Positions 1-12,500 of a DNA stretch of 53,854 nucleotides are shown in pieces. Positions within the stretch are counted from its first letter, which is position 1; every line of letters begins with the position of its first letter. Both the position numbers and the translations under genes were made by a program. This stretch comes from a virus: the IMG/VR virus record IMGVR_UViG_3300025941_000004; one strand, given 5' to 3'. The notes beneath the pieces were generated by a model. The model searched no databases. It was not told the DNA's origin and was given only the letters and a program-made list of their open reading frames with translations.

Positions 1-127
1 GTGGCGTTGCGGATGTCCTTGCAGCCCGGCTCGGGGAAGACGTCGCGGTAGTGGATGGTGTCGTACTTCATGTACCAGCCGCCGGCTGCGTCCTGCAGCA
101 GCACCGGGATGACGCAGCCGAAGCCGA
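1..127. repeat. Circularisation/assembly overlap, copy 1 (identical to 53728-53854)
   Basis: Base-by-base identity of the first and last 127 nt. Both copies lie inside one continuous minus-strand reading frame. Confidence 0.95.
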
Positions 128-572
128 GGGTAAGGCTGGTCTTGGTGGTGGCGAACAGGTTCTGCTGCATGTCGTTGGAGTACTCGTCCGAGCCGATGAT
201 CTTGGAGGTGAGGATGTGGCGGCTGAAGATGCCCTTCAGGTCGTCGTCGTCGAAGCGGCTGATGACCTCGACGTTGGGCGTGTTCTGCACCAGGTTGCGG
301 GCGATGCGGCGGACGAGCCCGGCGGTCTCGCCGCTGCTGATGTTGGGCAGGTCGGCCTTAGGGCTGATGACCTCGGCATCAGCCAGCCGCTCGAGAACGT
401 CGTAGTTCGCAACCCGCAGGTCCATCTCGCGCTTGTAGATCTGCCACATGGACCAGATCTCATCGGCACAGTGAGCGAACCCGCGGTACTCGAGCGTGTC
501 GTCCCGACCTCCGGTCGGGTCGTACTCGATGTACCACTGGGAGAACTCCGTGATGGGCTGGTACCCAACCAT
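1..572 (-). CDS. Portal (head-tail connector)-like protein, 5-prime part (190 codons). It continues across the junction into 53727..52302, 665 aa in total.
   Basis: ATG at 572-570, two nt after the stop of the giant ORF. My translation MVGYQPITEFSQWYIEYDPTGGRDD...GCVIPVLLQDAAGGWYMKYDTIHY runs in frame into track ORF 52302..53831. Size and position directly upstream of the capsid gene fit a portal. Confidence 0.6.
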   Translation of the reverse strand, partial: MVGYQPITEFSQWYIEYDPTGGRDDTLEYRGFAHCADEIWSMWQIYKREMDLRVANYDVLERLADAEVISPKADLPNISSGETAGLVRRIARNLVQNTPNVEVISRFDDDDLKGIFSRHILTSKIIGSDEYSNDMQQNLFATTKTSLTLGFGCVIPVLLQDAAGGWYMKYDTIHYRDVFPEPGCKDIRNA

Positions 573-574
573 GT

Positions 575-3500
575 TCACTGCCACTGCTTCAGCCTTCCTC
601 GCTCGGACCAGACCCGCTCACGGTGGATGTCCTCTCGACGGATGAAAGGACTCGACGTGTTGATGAACGGGATGTCGTCCCCGAACGGGGCCCGCGCACC
701 GGGTAGTGCGTACATCTTGTTGTACTGGCTGTAGCCGCTGCTGCTGTAGCCGCCACCGCCGTAGCTCCGACGCCCGTAGCCGGAGTAGCGGTGGTACGGG
801 AAGCGGCTGTAGCCGTTGCCGTTGGAGTTCGAGTACGGCTGCTGCGGGGTGTACGTCTTGTTCGCAGCGTCGGCGATGGCCTTCTCGATGGACTTCCCGA
901 TCTCCACATCGGTCGGGATGTAGGAGGACTTGTCGACGAGCTGAAGCGCGCGCAGCCCTGTGTTCATACCGTTGACGAGGTCGGTGGTGTTGAGCAGGGA
1001 GTCGTTGCCGGTGGCCGACTGCTCGGAGACGTACGCCTCTTGGTATGGCTTCAGACCAAACGCGCCGAGCACGCCGGCACGCTTGAAGCCGGTGGCCCAC
1101 GGACGACCGTCGGGGCCCATGACGTAGGTCGTGTTCAGCTGCTTGTAGACCACCGACTTGTCATACGAGATGTCCTTGTGCCAGAGGATGTCTCCGATGC
1201 CGAGGGCGTCGGGGTTGGACAGCGGGCCGTACCAGATGCGCTTCATCCGGGACGTGGCCTTCGTCTGGTCCAGGCCCATGTCGACGCCCTCCTGGATCAG
1301 CTCCTCGGTCCACTCCTTCTGGATCTGCACGCGCATGTCTCGTGGGATGAAGATGCCTTGGAGGCTGTCGTCCCCGATCTTCACCGAGCCCTTGGCGAGG
1401 CCCTGGTAGATGCCGCGGGCGCCTGCCTTGGTCAGCACCTCGTGTCCCTGGGCGTCGAGGACCGACAGCGGCTCGAGCATCTCGGGGTGGTAGTTGGCGC
1501 GGGCGATCTTGTCGGCGTTGTTGTAGACGTTCCAGTTCTTCGACGCCATCGCGTCGCCCTTGATCTTGTAGATCAGCTCGTCCAGGGACAGCGCCTCGGT
1601 CCCGCCGGCTGCCTGTGACAGGGAGCGGACGATGGCCTCGGCCCGCTGCTTGGTCATCGGCTGCTTCTCGATCTCCCGCAGCTTCTCCGGCATCTGCGTG
1701 CGGAAGTAGTCGGGCGTACCGCCTGTCATCTTGGCGAACAGCGACGACATGACGGCCAGGGAGAAGCGGTTCTCGGTGAAGGCGTGGAGTGTGGCCTCGC
1801 TGTCGCTGCGAGTCTGGTAGCCCTGCTTGATCTGCCCTGTCTCGGGGTCGATGTAGGACTCCATCGACAGGTTCTGTGGACGCGGGTTGCCTTCGGCGTC
1901 GCCCTGCAGCTCGCGACTGGCGTTGCGCAGCGGCAGTACGAACGGGTCACGGTCGTACTCGTCGCGTGCCACGTAGATCTGGTTGATGAAGGCGTTCTCG
2001 AACAGCATCTTCTCGTAGACGCCGACAGCGTTGGTGAGGAAGCCTGCTGCGATCGGCATGTTGTGGGCTCCACCGAGCTTCGACTGATCGTCTGCCATCT
2101 GCGCGAGCTCGGCTGCGGTCTGGAACGCGTCGTCCCAGGTGTTGGCGTTGATGAGCGGGAACGCTCCGAGCGCGTCCTCGAACCCCCAGCCGACGTTGCG
2201 GAAGTCGCCGGTCTCGTAGAACTTCTCCATCCCCATGATCGGGGAGATGAACTGCTTCAGCACCCAGTTCAGCTGCACCATCGAGCGGGCACCGCCAGGC
2301 GCCTCGTCGGTGGTAACCCGGAACATGGACGCGATGCCCGGCGGCAGCCAGTCGACGAACATGGCGTCGGCGTTGCGGAAGTCGTTCTCGATGCGACGCG
2401 GGTCGTAGATGACCGGTGCTCCCTGCAGAGCAGCCAGGCGCCGGCGCTTCTTGGTCTCGTCGTCCTCACCGGACAGCCCGAGACCACCGGCCATCATGCC
2501 GAAGGCGAAGAGGCCGGTGTGAGTGAGGCTGCCACGGATGAACGAGCGTGACAGGTCGACGCCTTCCAGGACCGACGACATGTCGAAGGTGGCGTCCATC
2601 TCCGGGTCGAACTGGACGCCGCGGATCTTGGCCGATACTCGACCGAACAGCGAGTTCGGTCCCTTCTTGCGTCCCTCGAGGAACATGGCCGTCATGTCCG
2701 AGAGGCCCTGCAGCCCGAGGATCGTGGTCGCCACGTTGACGGCGTAGCCGCTGAACAGCATCGGCATCTTCAGCACCACGTTGCCGAGGAACGCGAGTCC
2801 CATGTTCGGCGACTCCGACAGCGGCTCGTAGATCCCGCGCAACGTGAGCGACAGCGGTGTCGGCTTCAACGAGCGCAGCTGGGCGACGGAGTTCATCCCG
2901 GCCTCGTGTGCCGTCGGGAAGTTCTGCTTCAAGAACTGCGGGCTGGTGGCCATCTCCGCGATCAGCCGGTCGACGCTGAGCTGGTTCATCGTCGGGGTCG
3001 CCATGATGTGCGACAGCGCAGCCTCCATGTAGCGGCGTGCCAGCGTGTTGGCGCGGGTACCCCACGTCGGGTCCTGCACCTTGGTGCCGAGCTTGGCGTA
3101 GTTCTCAAGCCAACGCTCGGCCTTCCCGACACCGGGCTCGTGCGGGCGCAGGAAGAACAGCTCCTTGTAGACCATCGACTTGAAGTCGTTGCGCTGGCCC
3201 ATCACCGTGTACAGCTTGTTCAGCTTGACCAGCTGGTCCGGGCGGTACGCGGCCTCGAGCCCGAGCCGGGACAGGCCGGCGCCGAGGGTGGTGTCGGCCA
3301 GGCGCTCGGTGAGCCGGGCCTGCCGACCGGCGAGGCCCTTGACCTGGCCCTTCCGTCCAACACTTACCGCGGTGGACTGCATGGTGAGCAGGTTTGCGGT
3401 GCGGTCGAGCACGCCTCGGACGAACTGCTCGGGTCCCATCGAGACGTAGAGCTGAGGGTTGAGCAGCGCGGTACCGACTCGGAGGTTGATGAGGGCGCGG

Positions 3501-6500
3501 TACAGGCCGTTGACGGTGGTGGCCCGGTCGGTGAAGGTTCCGCCGTTCTTCAGGAAGTCCTTCATCGAGACGTCCAGTGGCAGCGGGATCCCGTTCTCCT
3601 TGCGCCACTTGCGTCGTGCGTCACGACGCTTGGCGACCTCGGAGACCGGAGCGGCTTTCGCTACGAGCCGGCCCGATACCCGCTGTCCACCGATCAGGTT
3701 GTCGAGGGATGCGCGCTGCAGGTCGAGGGTCACCGGGTCGGTGGCGATCAGCTGCTGCTCGTCGGAGACCGAGACGAACAGCCGGTTCGTGGTCTCGTCC
3801 ATCAGGTTCTGTGTGACCAGCACGTCCATCGACACCGGCAGGTCGAGGAGGTCGCGGGTGGCCGACTGGTAGGTGTGCATGTACCCGTCGAGGGCGAGCA
3901 GGTACAGCGGGTCGAACAGGTGGTCGGAGGTGAACGCGCCACCGAGCGATGTCTTGACCCACTCGTCCCAGGTCCCGGCCTTGATGTTGTTGTCCTCGAG
4001 CCCGGCCTTCGGCTGCCACTGTGGGGACCGGTGCTGGTTGGCACGGAAGATCGCCTGCAGGTCGTGGACGTGGAGCAGCGGCACCTCGGCTCCGACGACA
4101 GGGAGGTAGTTGTGGTTCACGTTCCAGGCGATGTCCTTGACCGCTTCGATCGCTGCGCTGCCGCTGACCTTACCGACGTCGTCGCCGTTGGCGTCGGTGC
4201 CGTGCGGCATCCCGAGTGTCTGCCGGACCCAGTAGTCGACGAGCTTCACCTGCAGCGGGTCGAGCCCGAGGGTCTGCATGACACTGACCGCGGCGGCGTT
4301 GTACTCGGTGCGCTGTGTAGCGGTCCATCCGTTCTCGTCGAGCTGCTTGATCTCGACCCGATCCTGGATGATGGCGTCACGGGCGAGGTCGATGCGCTCG
4401 GCCTCAGCCGGCGACGCCGCCTTCCAGAAGGATCCGGCGCGACGGTCCTCGAACGGGATGCCGGTCAGCATCCGCCACAGCCCGCCGTCCTCGGTGTCGC
4501 GGGCGTGCGGCTCGATGGTGGTGGAGGAGAACAGCTGGGCCTTCGCCACCTCGTAGGAGTGTGCGGTCAGCGCACCGGTCGCCTGGTAGGCGATGGCAGC
4601 AGAGTGCTGGCTGACGTTCGACCGGGTCGCCTCGTCGAACGACATCCCGTTGATGACGGGGTTGTCCCCGGCGGAGTGGGCCTCGGCGAACTGCAGGACG
4701 CCTACCTGGTTCTTCCTCGGGTCGGCGTGGCGGGACTCGAACCGCCACGACTTAGACATCGAGTAGCCGGTGCCGTCCTGGTTCGGGTTGTAGAACTGGG
4801 AGTTGATCCGCTCGTTGATCTCGTTGCGGAGATCGGAGTCCAGCCCGGAGTTGTCGAAGACCTGGGTGAAAAGAATCGGCATCTCGACCGACTTGTGGTC
4901 GATGCTGCTGGTCCTGTCGTTGAAGCCACCGGACTTCAGCACGTCCCCCACACGAGCACCGGGCGTCATCAGGTAGACGATCATCGAGGTGGCGATCTTC
5001 GCCTCCACCGATGCGGGGTCCGCCATGTTGTCGACCCACGACGGGTCGACTGTCTCGGCGTTGGTGAGGGCGAAGCCGTCGAGCTGGCTGCGCAGGGCCT
5101 CGGTGATCCGCTCGGAGTTGAGGATCTCGTCGGCTGCGGTGACCTGGATCCTCGGAGCCTGGGCTGCGATCAGCTTCAGGAAGTCGACGGCTGTGGTGGC
5201 GTCGACACCGAGGAAGGTGGCGACGTCGTCGGTGAAGTCGATGCCGAGGAACTTGAACGCCGACTGGTGGTCGACGATCATCCCGTCGGTCGACTCCTTG
5301 CTCATGGCGTCATCGAGGCTGCCGACGCCGTCGATGTCCCAGTTGGTGAGGAAGCCGTGCTCCTTGCCCTGGTAGGTGGGGAACTGGATGCGGTCGGGAC
5401 GGGCGGTGAGCTCGTACTTCTGCCCGTTCCACTCCAGGACCTTCTTGTCACCGAGAACCTGTAGGTCGATCTCGAGCCGGACGGACAGGCCGTAGTTGGA
5501 GCGCGGGTTGAACTCCACGACGGTCCCTGTGTGGGATGTAGCGTTCGGGTTGCGGGTCGAGGAGAACACGGCCATGTTCGCCGGCTCGTGCTTGGCGGGC
5601 CGGGTGACGCGCTTCTGTGTCATCACCTTGTCCCAGTCCGGCGCCTCGTGTCCGTGCCGGTACAGCAGCACGGTGTCGCCGGGTCCGACCAGCGGGATCA
5701 TGTCCCCGGTGCCGAAGTCGTCTCCGGCCTGGGGCAGGACGGAGCCGGCGTGCAGCTCGAGCCGGTCGATCATCCGGTCGAAGTAGAAGTCGAACTCGGT
5801 ATCGAGGTGGGCACGCTCGGCGGGTGTGAGCTTCTTGCCCTGCTCGGTCTCGGGACCGTGCGCCATGTCACGCAGCATCTGTCGGCCCTCGGGGTCGTTC
5901 TTGAAGCCGAGCACCTGGTTGCGGACCCGTGTGATCTGGGTCTTGTGGATCCGGTCGTCGGTCATCTCGTCGACCGGGACGTTGAACCCGGCCAGGTAGT
6001 TGGTCGGCACCAGGTTCAGGGTCTCCGCGATGGCGTGCAGACGCGGGTTCTTGAAGTCGACCCACAGCGAGCCTTCTTCGACGTTGAGCCCCTGGACGTT
6101 GAAGATCGCCAGGTGCGAACGGGGTGACACGCCACGAGTGGCGGTGAGCGAGGAGATCAGGGCCCGCTGGTTCTGGAACCGGGGTGTGGTGATCGCAGGC
6201 TGGTAGACGTGTCCCGAGCCGGCCATCCTGATGTAGTCGATGGACTCCATGAACTGGGTGGCCTCGACACGCATGTCAGCCTCACCGTCGGTGGCACCGA
6301 GGACGATGGTGGCACCCTGGTCCGCGATGTAGTCCAGACGCTCCCGCATCTTCGCGGCGTTACCACGGAACGAGTCGAGCTCGACGACGACCAGGTCGCC
6401 GGGTGCGATCCGCTTCGCACCCGAGGACGTGGACAGGGTGACCCCGGAGATCAGCCCTGCGTTCGCGTCGGACGCCTGGTCCTCGCGGAAGATCCAGCCG

Positions 6501-9500
6501 GACCGGCTGCCCTTGACCTCGAGTGCCGCCTCGAGCTCGTGGAGCAGCATCTTGGACAGCTCCATGTCCTTGTTCTTGCGGGAGCCGAAGAACGGCAGCC
6601 CGCCTGCCGTCCAGTCCATCGAGATGTTCTCGGCACGCAGCATCAGGTCCGCTGTCTGCAACGCACGACCCAGGTTGGTGCGCGGGTTCCAGCCGCCCTC
6701 ACCGGTCTGTCCGTTGTAGTTGGCGCGGTCGTCCCAGATCTCCTCGCGCTTCTCGGCGAGGTACCTGATCTTCGCCTCGTAGGCGTTGCGGGTCTTCTCG
6801 TCGAGGTAGGCACGGGTCTGCAGCGTCTGCTGCCGGGCACGGTTGGCGATCCTGGTCTCCGGCAACGGCTTCGACTCGCCGTTCAGCCCGTGCTTGAAGT
6901 TCTCCAGCATCTTGGTCGACACGCCCCGGTACGCGGGGACCTGGGACAGGTCGGCGGACAGCACGTCGTCGAAGACGCGGGTGGCACCCTGGGTGCCCTG
7001 CTCACCGAGCATCGAGTTCAGCACCGTGTCGGAGGGCATGTACAGCTTGGCGTCGTCGATGGGGAGCGCGACACCGGGGTTGGCCTGCTGCCAGGCGATC
7101 ACCTGCTCGGCGGTCCACACGAGCCGGTCGCCTGTGCCCTGTGCCTTGCCGACCACCAGGTGCTGAAGCTTCATGTCCTTGTAGACGGCGTTGTAGAACT
7201 CCGGCTCGAGCATCCCCTTCGAGCCCTTCTCGGGGTCACCGAGACCGAGCTGCTTGGTCAGCATCTCCTGGGTCTTCATCCGCAGCACATGGGACAGGTC
7301 GGTGGCCCAGTCGTTCTCGATGGCCTTGCGCTCGGCGTGGGTCATCGTCTCGATGACCTCGATGGCGGAGCGTCCGAGCTTCGAGGCGTCCAGGCCCCAC
7401 GCCTGCATCACCGGGTTGATGGAGCCTTCGGTGAACCAGAGCGTGGCGTTCAGGGACTCGGCCCGATCCGAGTCACGCTTGAAGCTGGTGCCCTCGAAGA
7501 ACAGGTTGTTGTACCAGGTGCGGCCCTTGTCGGACTCCTCCTGGGTCTCGACCGGCTGCATGTCGGGATGGAAGAACTCGATGTCAATGCCGGCCACGTC
7601 ACTCGGGTCGACACCGGAGGCTTCGAGCGCGACCTTCAGCCGGTCCAGGTGGATCTCCTTGTAGCCGGAGGCCACCGCGTTGTCGTTGGTGTGGAAGACG
7701 TGGCCGAGGTTCAGGTCCGAGGCCAGCAGGTCGATGGGTGTCGCGTCGAGGTAGGTTCCCGGCTGGTAGTGGCGCAGCATCACGCGGGCAGCGAAGCGGT
7801 TGTTCAGCTGTGCCAGTGGTCGCGCGACCGCACGGTCACCGGGATGGGTCACCTCGACGTCGTCGAACAGCGACCTGTTCAGGTCGCTGGCCTGCAGCGT
7901 GACCTTCGACAGCAGCTCGGCACCCGGTACCCGGAAGGTGCGCCTGGTGGCAGCCGACTTCGCTGCCTGACGCTTCGGCGCGTTGCCGGTCATCCCGATC
8001 ACCGGCTTTGCGGCGGCGGAGTCGAGCCGCTGGTTGGCCTCGATGGAGGCTCGTGGGATGTCCCCGGTCCACGGGCCGTACCGGAAGTCGGGGTACAGGT
8101 TCAGCTCGATGGTCTTCTTCAGCTCGGTCGGGCTGGGCGGGATGTCACCCTGCAGCCCGGCCCACCTGTGCATGTCCCGACCGGCCAGCAGCAGCGGCTT
8201 CGTCGGGTCCAGCAGCGTGTCGGCCAGGTAGGCGTACGACGTGTCGTAGTAGCGGGTGTTGTCGGGCCTGGTCGCGTCCGGGTACGGGGAGACCGAGATG
8301 CCACCGGAGCCCATCGACACGATGTCGTCGAGGAACACGGTGATGGTGGCACGCGACAGGTGGTTCCACTCCGAAGCCGACAGGTCCACCTGCCCGGAAC
8401 GGGACTTGTCCTCGAGCTGGCCGGACAGCTTCATCATGATCTGGATGGTGGACTGCGACTTCCGGCGGAACTTGTCCGGCGCGGACATGATGTACTGGAT
8501 GATCTCCCGCTGACGGTCGGTCTCGGTCAACGGATCGGAGTGGAAGGAGAACATGTCGACGGCCTGGCCGGCTGGGTCGTCGGAGCGCAGCAGCTCGACA
8601 CGGGCCTCGAACTTTTCAAGGTCGGCACGGGCGCCCAACGTCTCACGCTCGATCTTCTCGACCTCGTGGATGTCCAGGCCGGGCACGAGCTTCGCCTCGA
8701 TCTGGGTGATCTCGTCGTTCATCTCCCCGCGACGCTGTGCCACCAGCTGGTCCAGGGCAAGATCGGTGTAGGCGAACCGCGCGGCTGCCTCCTTGACGTC
8801 CTCACCGGGCCGGGCACCGAAGCCCAGCAGCCCTGCGGTGCGCTGGATCCGGCGTGCCGCATGAACCTCGGACATCACCTGCTTCAAGGTGGCGTCCCCG
8901 GTGCCGTCGGGGACCGAGGCGATGGCCGCGGCGTCCTGCACGATCTTCGCCACCGTGCGGAACGCCCGCTGCGCGGCACGCTCGATCTCGGAGGTGGACA
9001 GCGTGTGGTTCGCACCACTGGTCTCCGCGATCACGATGTCGTTGACGATCCGCTGCACCGAGAAGTGGCCCTTGTGGTTACGGGCGGTGGCTTCCAGCAT
9101 CGCGCAGTAACGCATCGCGGAGTCGTTGTCGATGCTGTTGTCGTGGGCGAACATCTTCTTGTAGTGGTCGCCCTCGAGCAGCGACTTCAGGTCCTTGCCG
9201 ACCAGCATCTGGGTGGTGAGCCTGCCTTCTGGGCCACGCTCCATCACCTGCGGGAACAGCACGGACCTGGCCATCGGCCTGGTGTCGGGGTTGGAGAACA
9301 GCGCCAGCGCCTTGGCCACCGACTCTGCTGTCGGGTTGCCCTCGGAGTCGACCGGCATCTCCCACTCGACCTGGCGTCCGTCGTCGTCCATCGTGACGAC
9401 GCCGTCCTTGGCGAGCTGCGACATGTTGCCGCTGATCGCGTCGAGGTTCACCGCCGTCATGGACGCCTTGAACCGCTCGTAGTTCGTGACGTAGTCGTAG

Positions 9501-12500
9501 GCGTCGCGCTGTGCGTCGAACGCACCAGCCGGGTCCACGTTGTCGGGGTTCTCGCCCTTGGTGTGGGCCTTCGGGTAGAACCCGCGGACCGCTCCGATGA
9601 CCTGGTACATCATCGCCTGCGGCCCGAGCCCCACGTTCATCTCGCGGGAGTTCTTCAGCGACGCCACGAACGCGTCGTAGAGCCTGCGGTCCTCGGTGGT
9701 GGCCGTGACATTGGGTGCGCCGGCGTCGGACTTCAGGACCCGCTCGATGGCGAGGTACACCTGGTTGTCGGACCGCTGGATGTTCTGCTCCTCGACCAGG
9801 TCCTTCTTCAGGTACTGGGCCCCGACCTCGAGGGAGGCGATCGCCTCACGCTGGGTCACGCCCTTCATGCCGGTCGACCAGCCACCGTTCGCCTTGTCCG
9901 CATCGAAGGCGGCGGAGTCGTCGTACCAGCCGACGATGGGTGCCTGGTTGCCACGGATCCCCGGCGTGGTGTTCACCCAGCGGAGGAACTGCTCCAGGTT
10001 CTTGGCGTTCTGGAGCTCGTGCATGAACTTCGTCATCAGCAGCCCGCCGTCTTGCTGCATCTGCGGAGACAGGTCGTACATGATCTTGAACATGCGGCGC
10101 TCGAGCTTGTTGTACCGGCGACCCTGGTGACCGTCCGCATCCTTCTCGGTACGGGCGTGCATGCCCAGTGACTCCCACTGGGCCAGCATCACGTTGCGCC
10201 AGTAGTGCATCTCCGCCTCGTCGGCGTTGGTGATGGTGAACATCTTGTAGACCCAGTTGGCGATGTACAGGTCGTCACCGCGACGCTCGAAGACGGCGTT
10301 CGCGGCGGCGTCCGGGATCAGCGCCATCACCTTCTCCGCGAACGTCGGGTTCTGGTCCAGCATCCGCTGCACCATGTCGAGGGTGAGCTCGTCGACACGA
10401 CGCCCGGACAGCTCGGAGAACTTGAACAGCGCCTCCCGGACATCCTTGTGCGAGTTCTTGAACGCCTCCGAGGCCCGGTAGTGCGCATCGGAGAACTCGC
10501 CGTTCAGGTGGTGCGCGTTGTAGTCGTTGCCGGTAGCGATCTTCTTGTCGAGGGTGATGCGGTTGTGGCCCACCGAGATGATCGAGTCGATGACGCTGCG
10601 GTACGGGGACACGTCGCCGGCTGCGACCTCGGCCACCGAGTACGGCATGTTTGCCGCCGACTCGCGTCCCAGGTAGGCGGCCTCGTTCTTCAGCTTGTAG
10701 TCCTCGGACTTCCGCTCGCCCTCGTCCTTGGCGGTGTAGAACCTGACGTACTGCTCCACACTGATGTGGGGTCCCATCAGTCCGGCTGCGTCACCGATCA
10801 GCGTGAACAGCTGGAACGCTCCGAACACCTCGACGAACGCCCGCTGCGCGTTCAGGCCGGAGCCCTTGACGCCCTGGCCGTCGGGCTTCGTCATCGCCCG
10901 CAGCCGGGCGTGCTTGGCCTGCAGCTCCGGTGAGATCTCGAAGATCGCGTCCTTGGCGACACGGTCCCGGCGCAGCTCCTGCTTCAGCAGCATCTGCGCC
11001 AACGTGATCTCACGTCCGGTGGTCGTCACGTTGCCGTCGGAGTCGATGTCGTAGTCGAGGACCGCGACGTTCGCCACCACCGCCATCGCCTGGGTCTGCG
11101 ACAGCGCCGGATCCAGGTCGGTGGCGTTGTCCGCGAGCGCCTTCAGCTGGGCGATCACCCGTGCCGTGATCTCGTCTACCCCATGCACCCGGTCCAGCTC
11201 GGACTGGGTCGCCATAGCCGACAGCAGCTCGTACTCGGAGGCGAGCGCATACAGCTCGGCACGCTGCGTCGGGTTCGCGGACGACTGCACGGAGGCGGAC
11301 AGGGAGGTGTAGTGGAGCTTCTGGAACTTGCGGAACATCAGGTCGCCGGCCAGCCAGTTCCCGATGGTCTGACCGGTGGTGGCGGACCGTGCGGCCCGGC
11401 GCTCCCGTGCCTCGGACACACGCTTCACCGGGCGGCCCTTCTTCACGGTCCCCGGTGTCGGGCCGAGCATCGCCCGGTAGGAGGCGTAGTCCTCCTGGAA
11501 CGCCTGGAACTGGGCCCGCACCAGCTGGTCCATCCACAGCCACTCGTTGCTCAGGTTGCCCCTGGCGAACGTGTTGATCGGACCGTCGGCCACCTCGAGC
11601 AGCCCGTCCATCAGGACGCTGCGGGCGTCACCGTCACCGGTACGCACCGCAGCGAAGAACTTGGCGAACACCGGATCGAGGATCTCGTCACCGATGATCG
11701 CCTCATACCGGTTGCGGATCGCCTCGGTGACCGACGTCATCGCACCCGTGGCGGCGTTCACCAGCGCCGGCTCCGTGGACGTCAACGCCTCCTGGATGTA
11801 CTGCACCACCCACTTCTCGTACTTCGGGGCCTTCACGTTCACGCTGGTGCCGGCCCCGAGGAAATGCATACCAGCACGAGCCGACACAAACATGTCCTCG
11901 TCCAGCAGCAGCTGGTTCTGGGTCCTGATCTTGTCGCCGTCGTAGTCGCCGCGGATCGCCGGAAGGATCGCGTGGCTGATCTCCAGGACGTTGTCGGAGT
12001 TCGACACCGTCAGCTTCAGTGACGCCTGCGGCACCAGCACCTGGTAGGAGCCCGACTGGTCCTGCGGGTCCCTGGTCACCACCTGGGACACGGCGCGCGC
12101 CAACGCCATCCGCTCCTCGTCGGTGGTCACCGGGACACCGTTCACATCACCGGCACGCCGGTTGAACGCGTCCCGGAGGAACTGGTTCAGCCCCTCGGTC
12201 TCCGCCGCACGGGCCGCAACCGAGGCGTTCGGGTCGTACATGCGACCCACCCGGTCGTCGATCTCGGCACCCAACGCCTGACCCAGCCGGATCATCTCGT
12301 TGATCTGCTTGGTCTGCTGCTGGATCTTCGCCAGGTCGTTCTGCAGCCCCTCGTCGGCGGGCTTCTTGTCGAGGTCGGCCTGCTTCAGCACCTCGTTGTT
12401 CTTCAGCAGCGTCAGCTGCTCGGTGATACCACGCATCCGGTTGCCGAAGTTCCGCATCAGCTGGGCACCGGAGGAGACCACCGCATCGGAGGGGACGCTG

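Noticed and set aside
6209-10171. 1,320-aa plus-strand ORF (also 2906..5464 with 852 aa, 12575..14866 with 763 aa, and many shorter ones) opposite the giant gene
   Set aside because: These are antisense shadow ORFs, as expected in GC-rich DNA. Their translations are R/G/V/L/H/D-rich and low in complexity. They lack ribosome-binding sites, and the opposite frame carries the coherent GC3-rich 4,731-codon gene.
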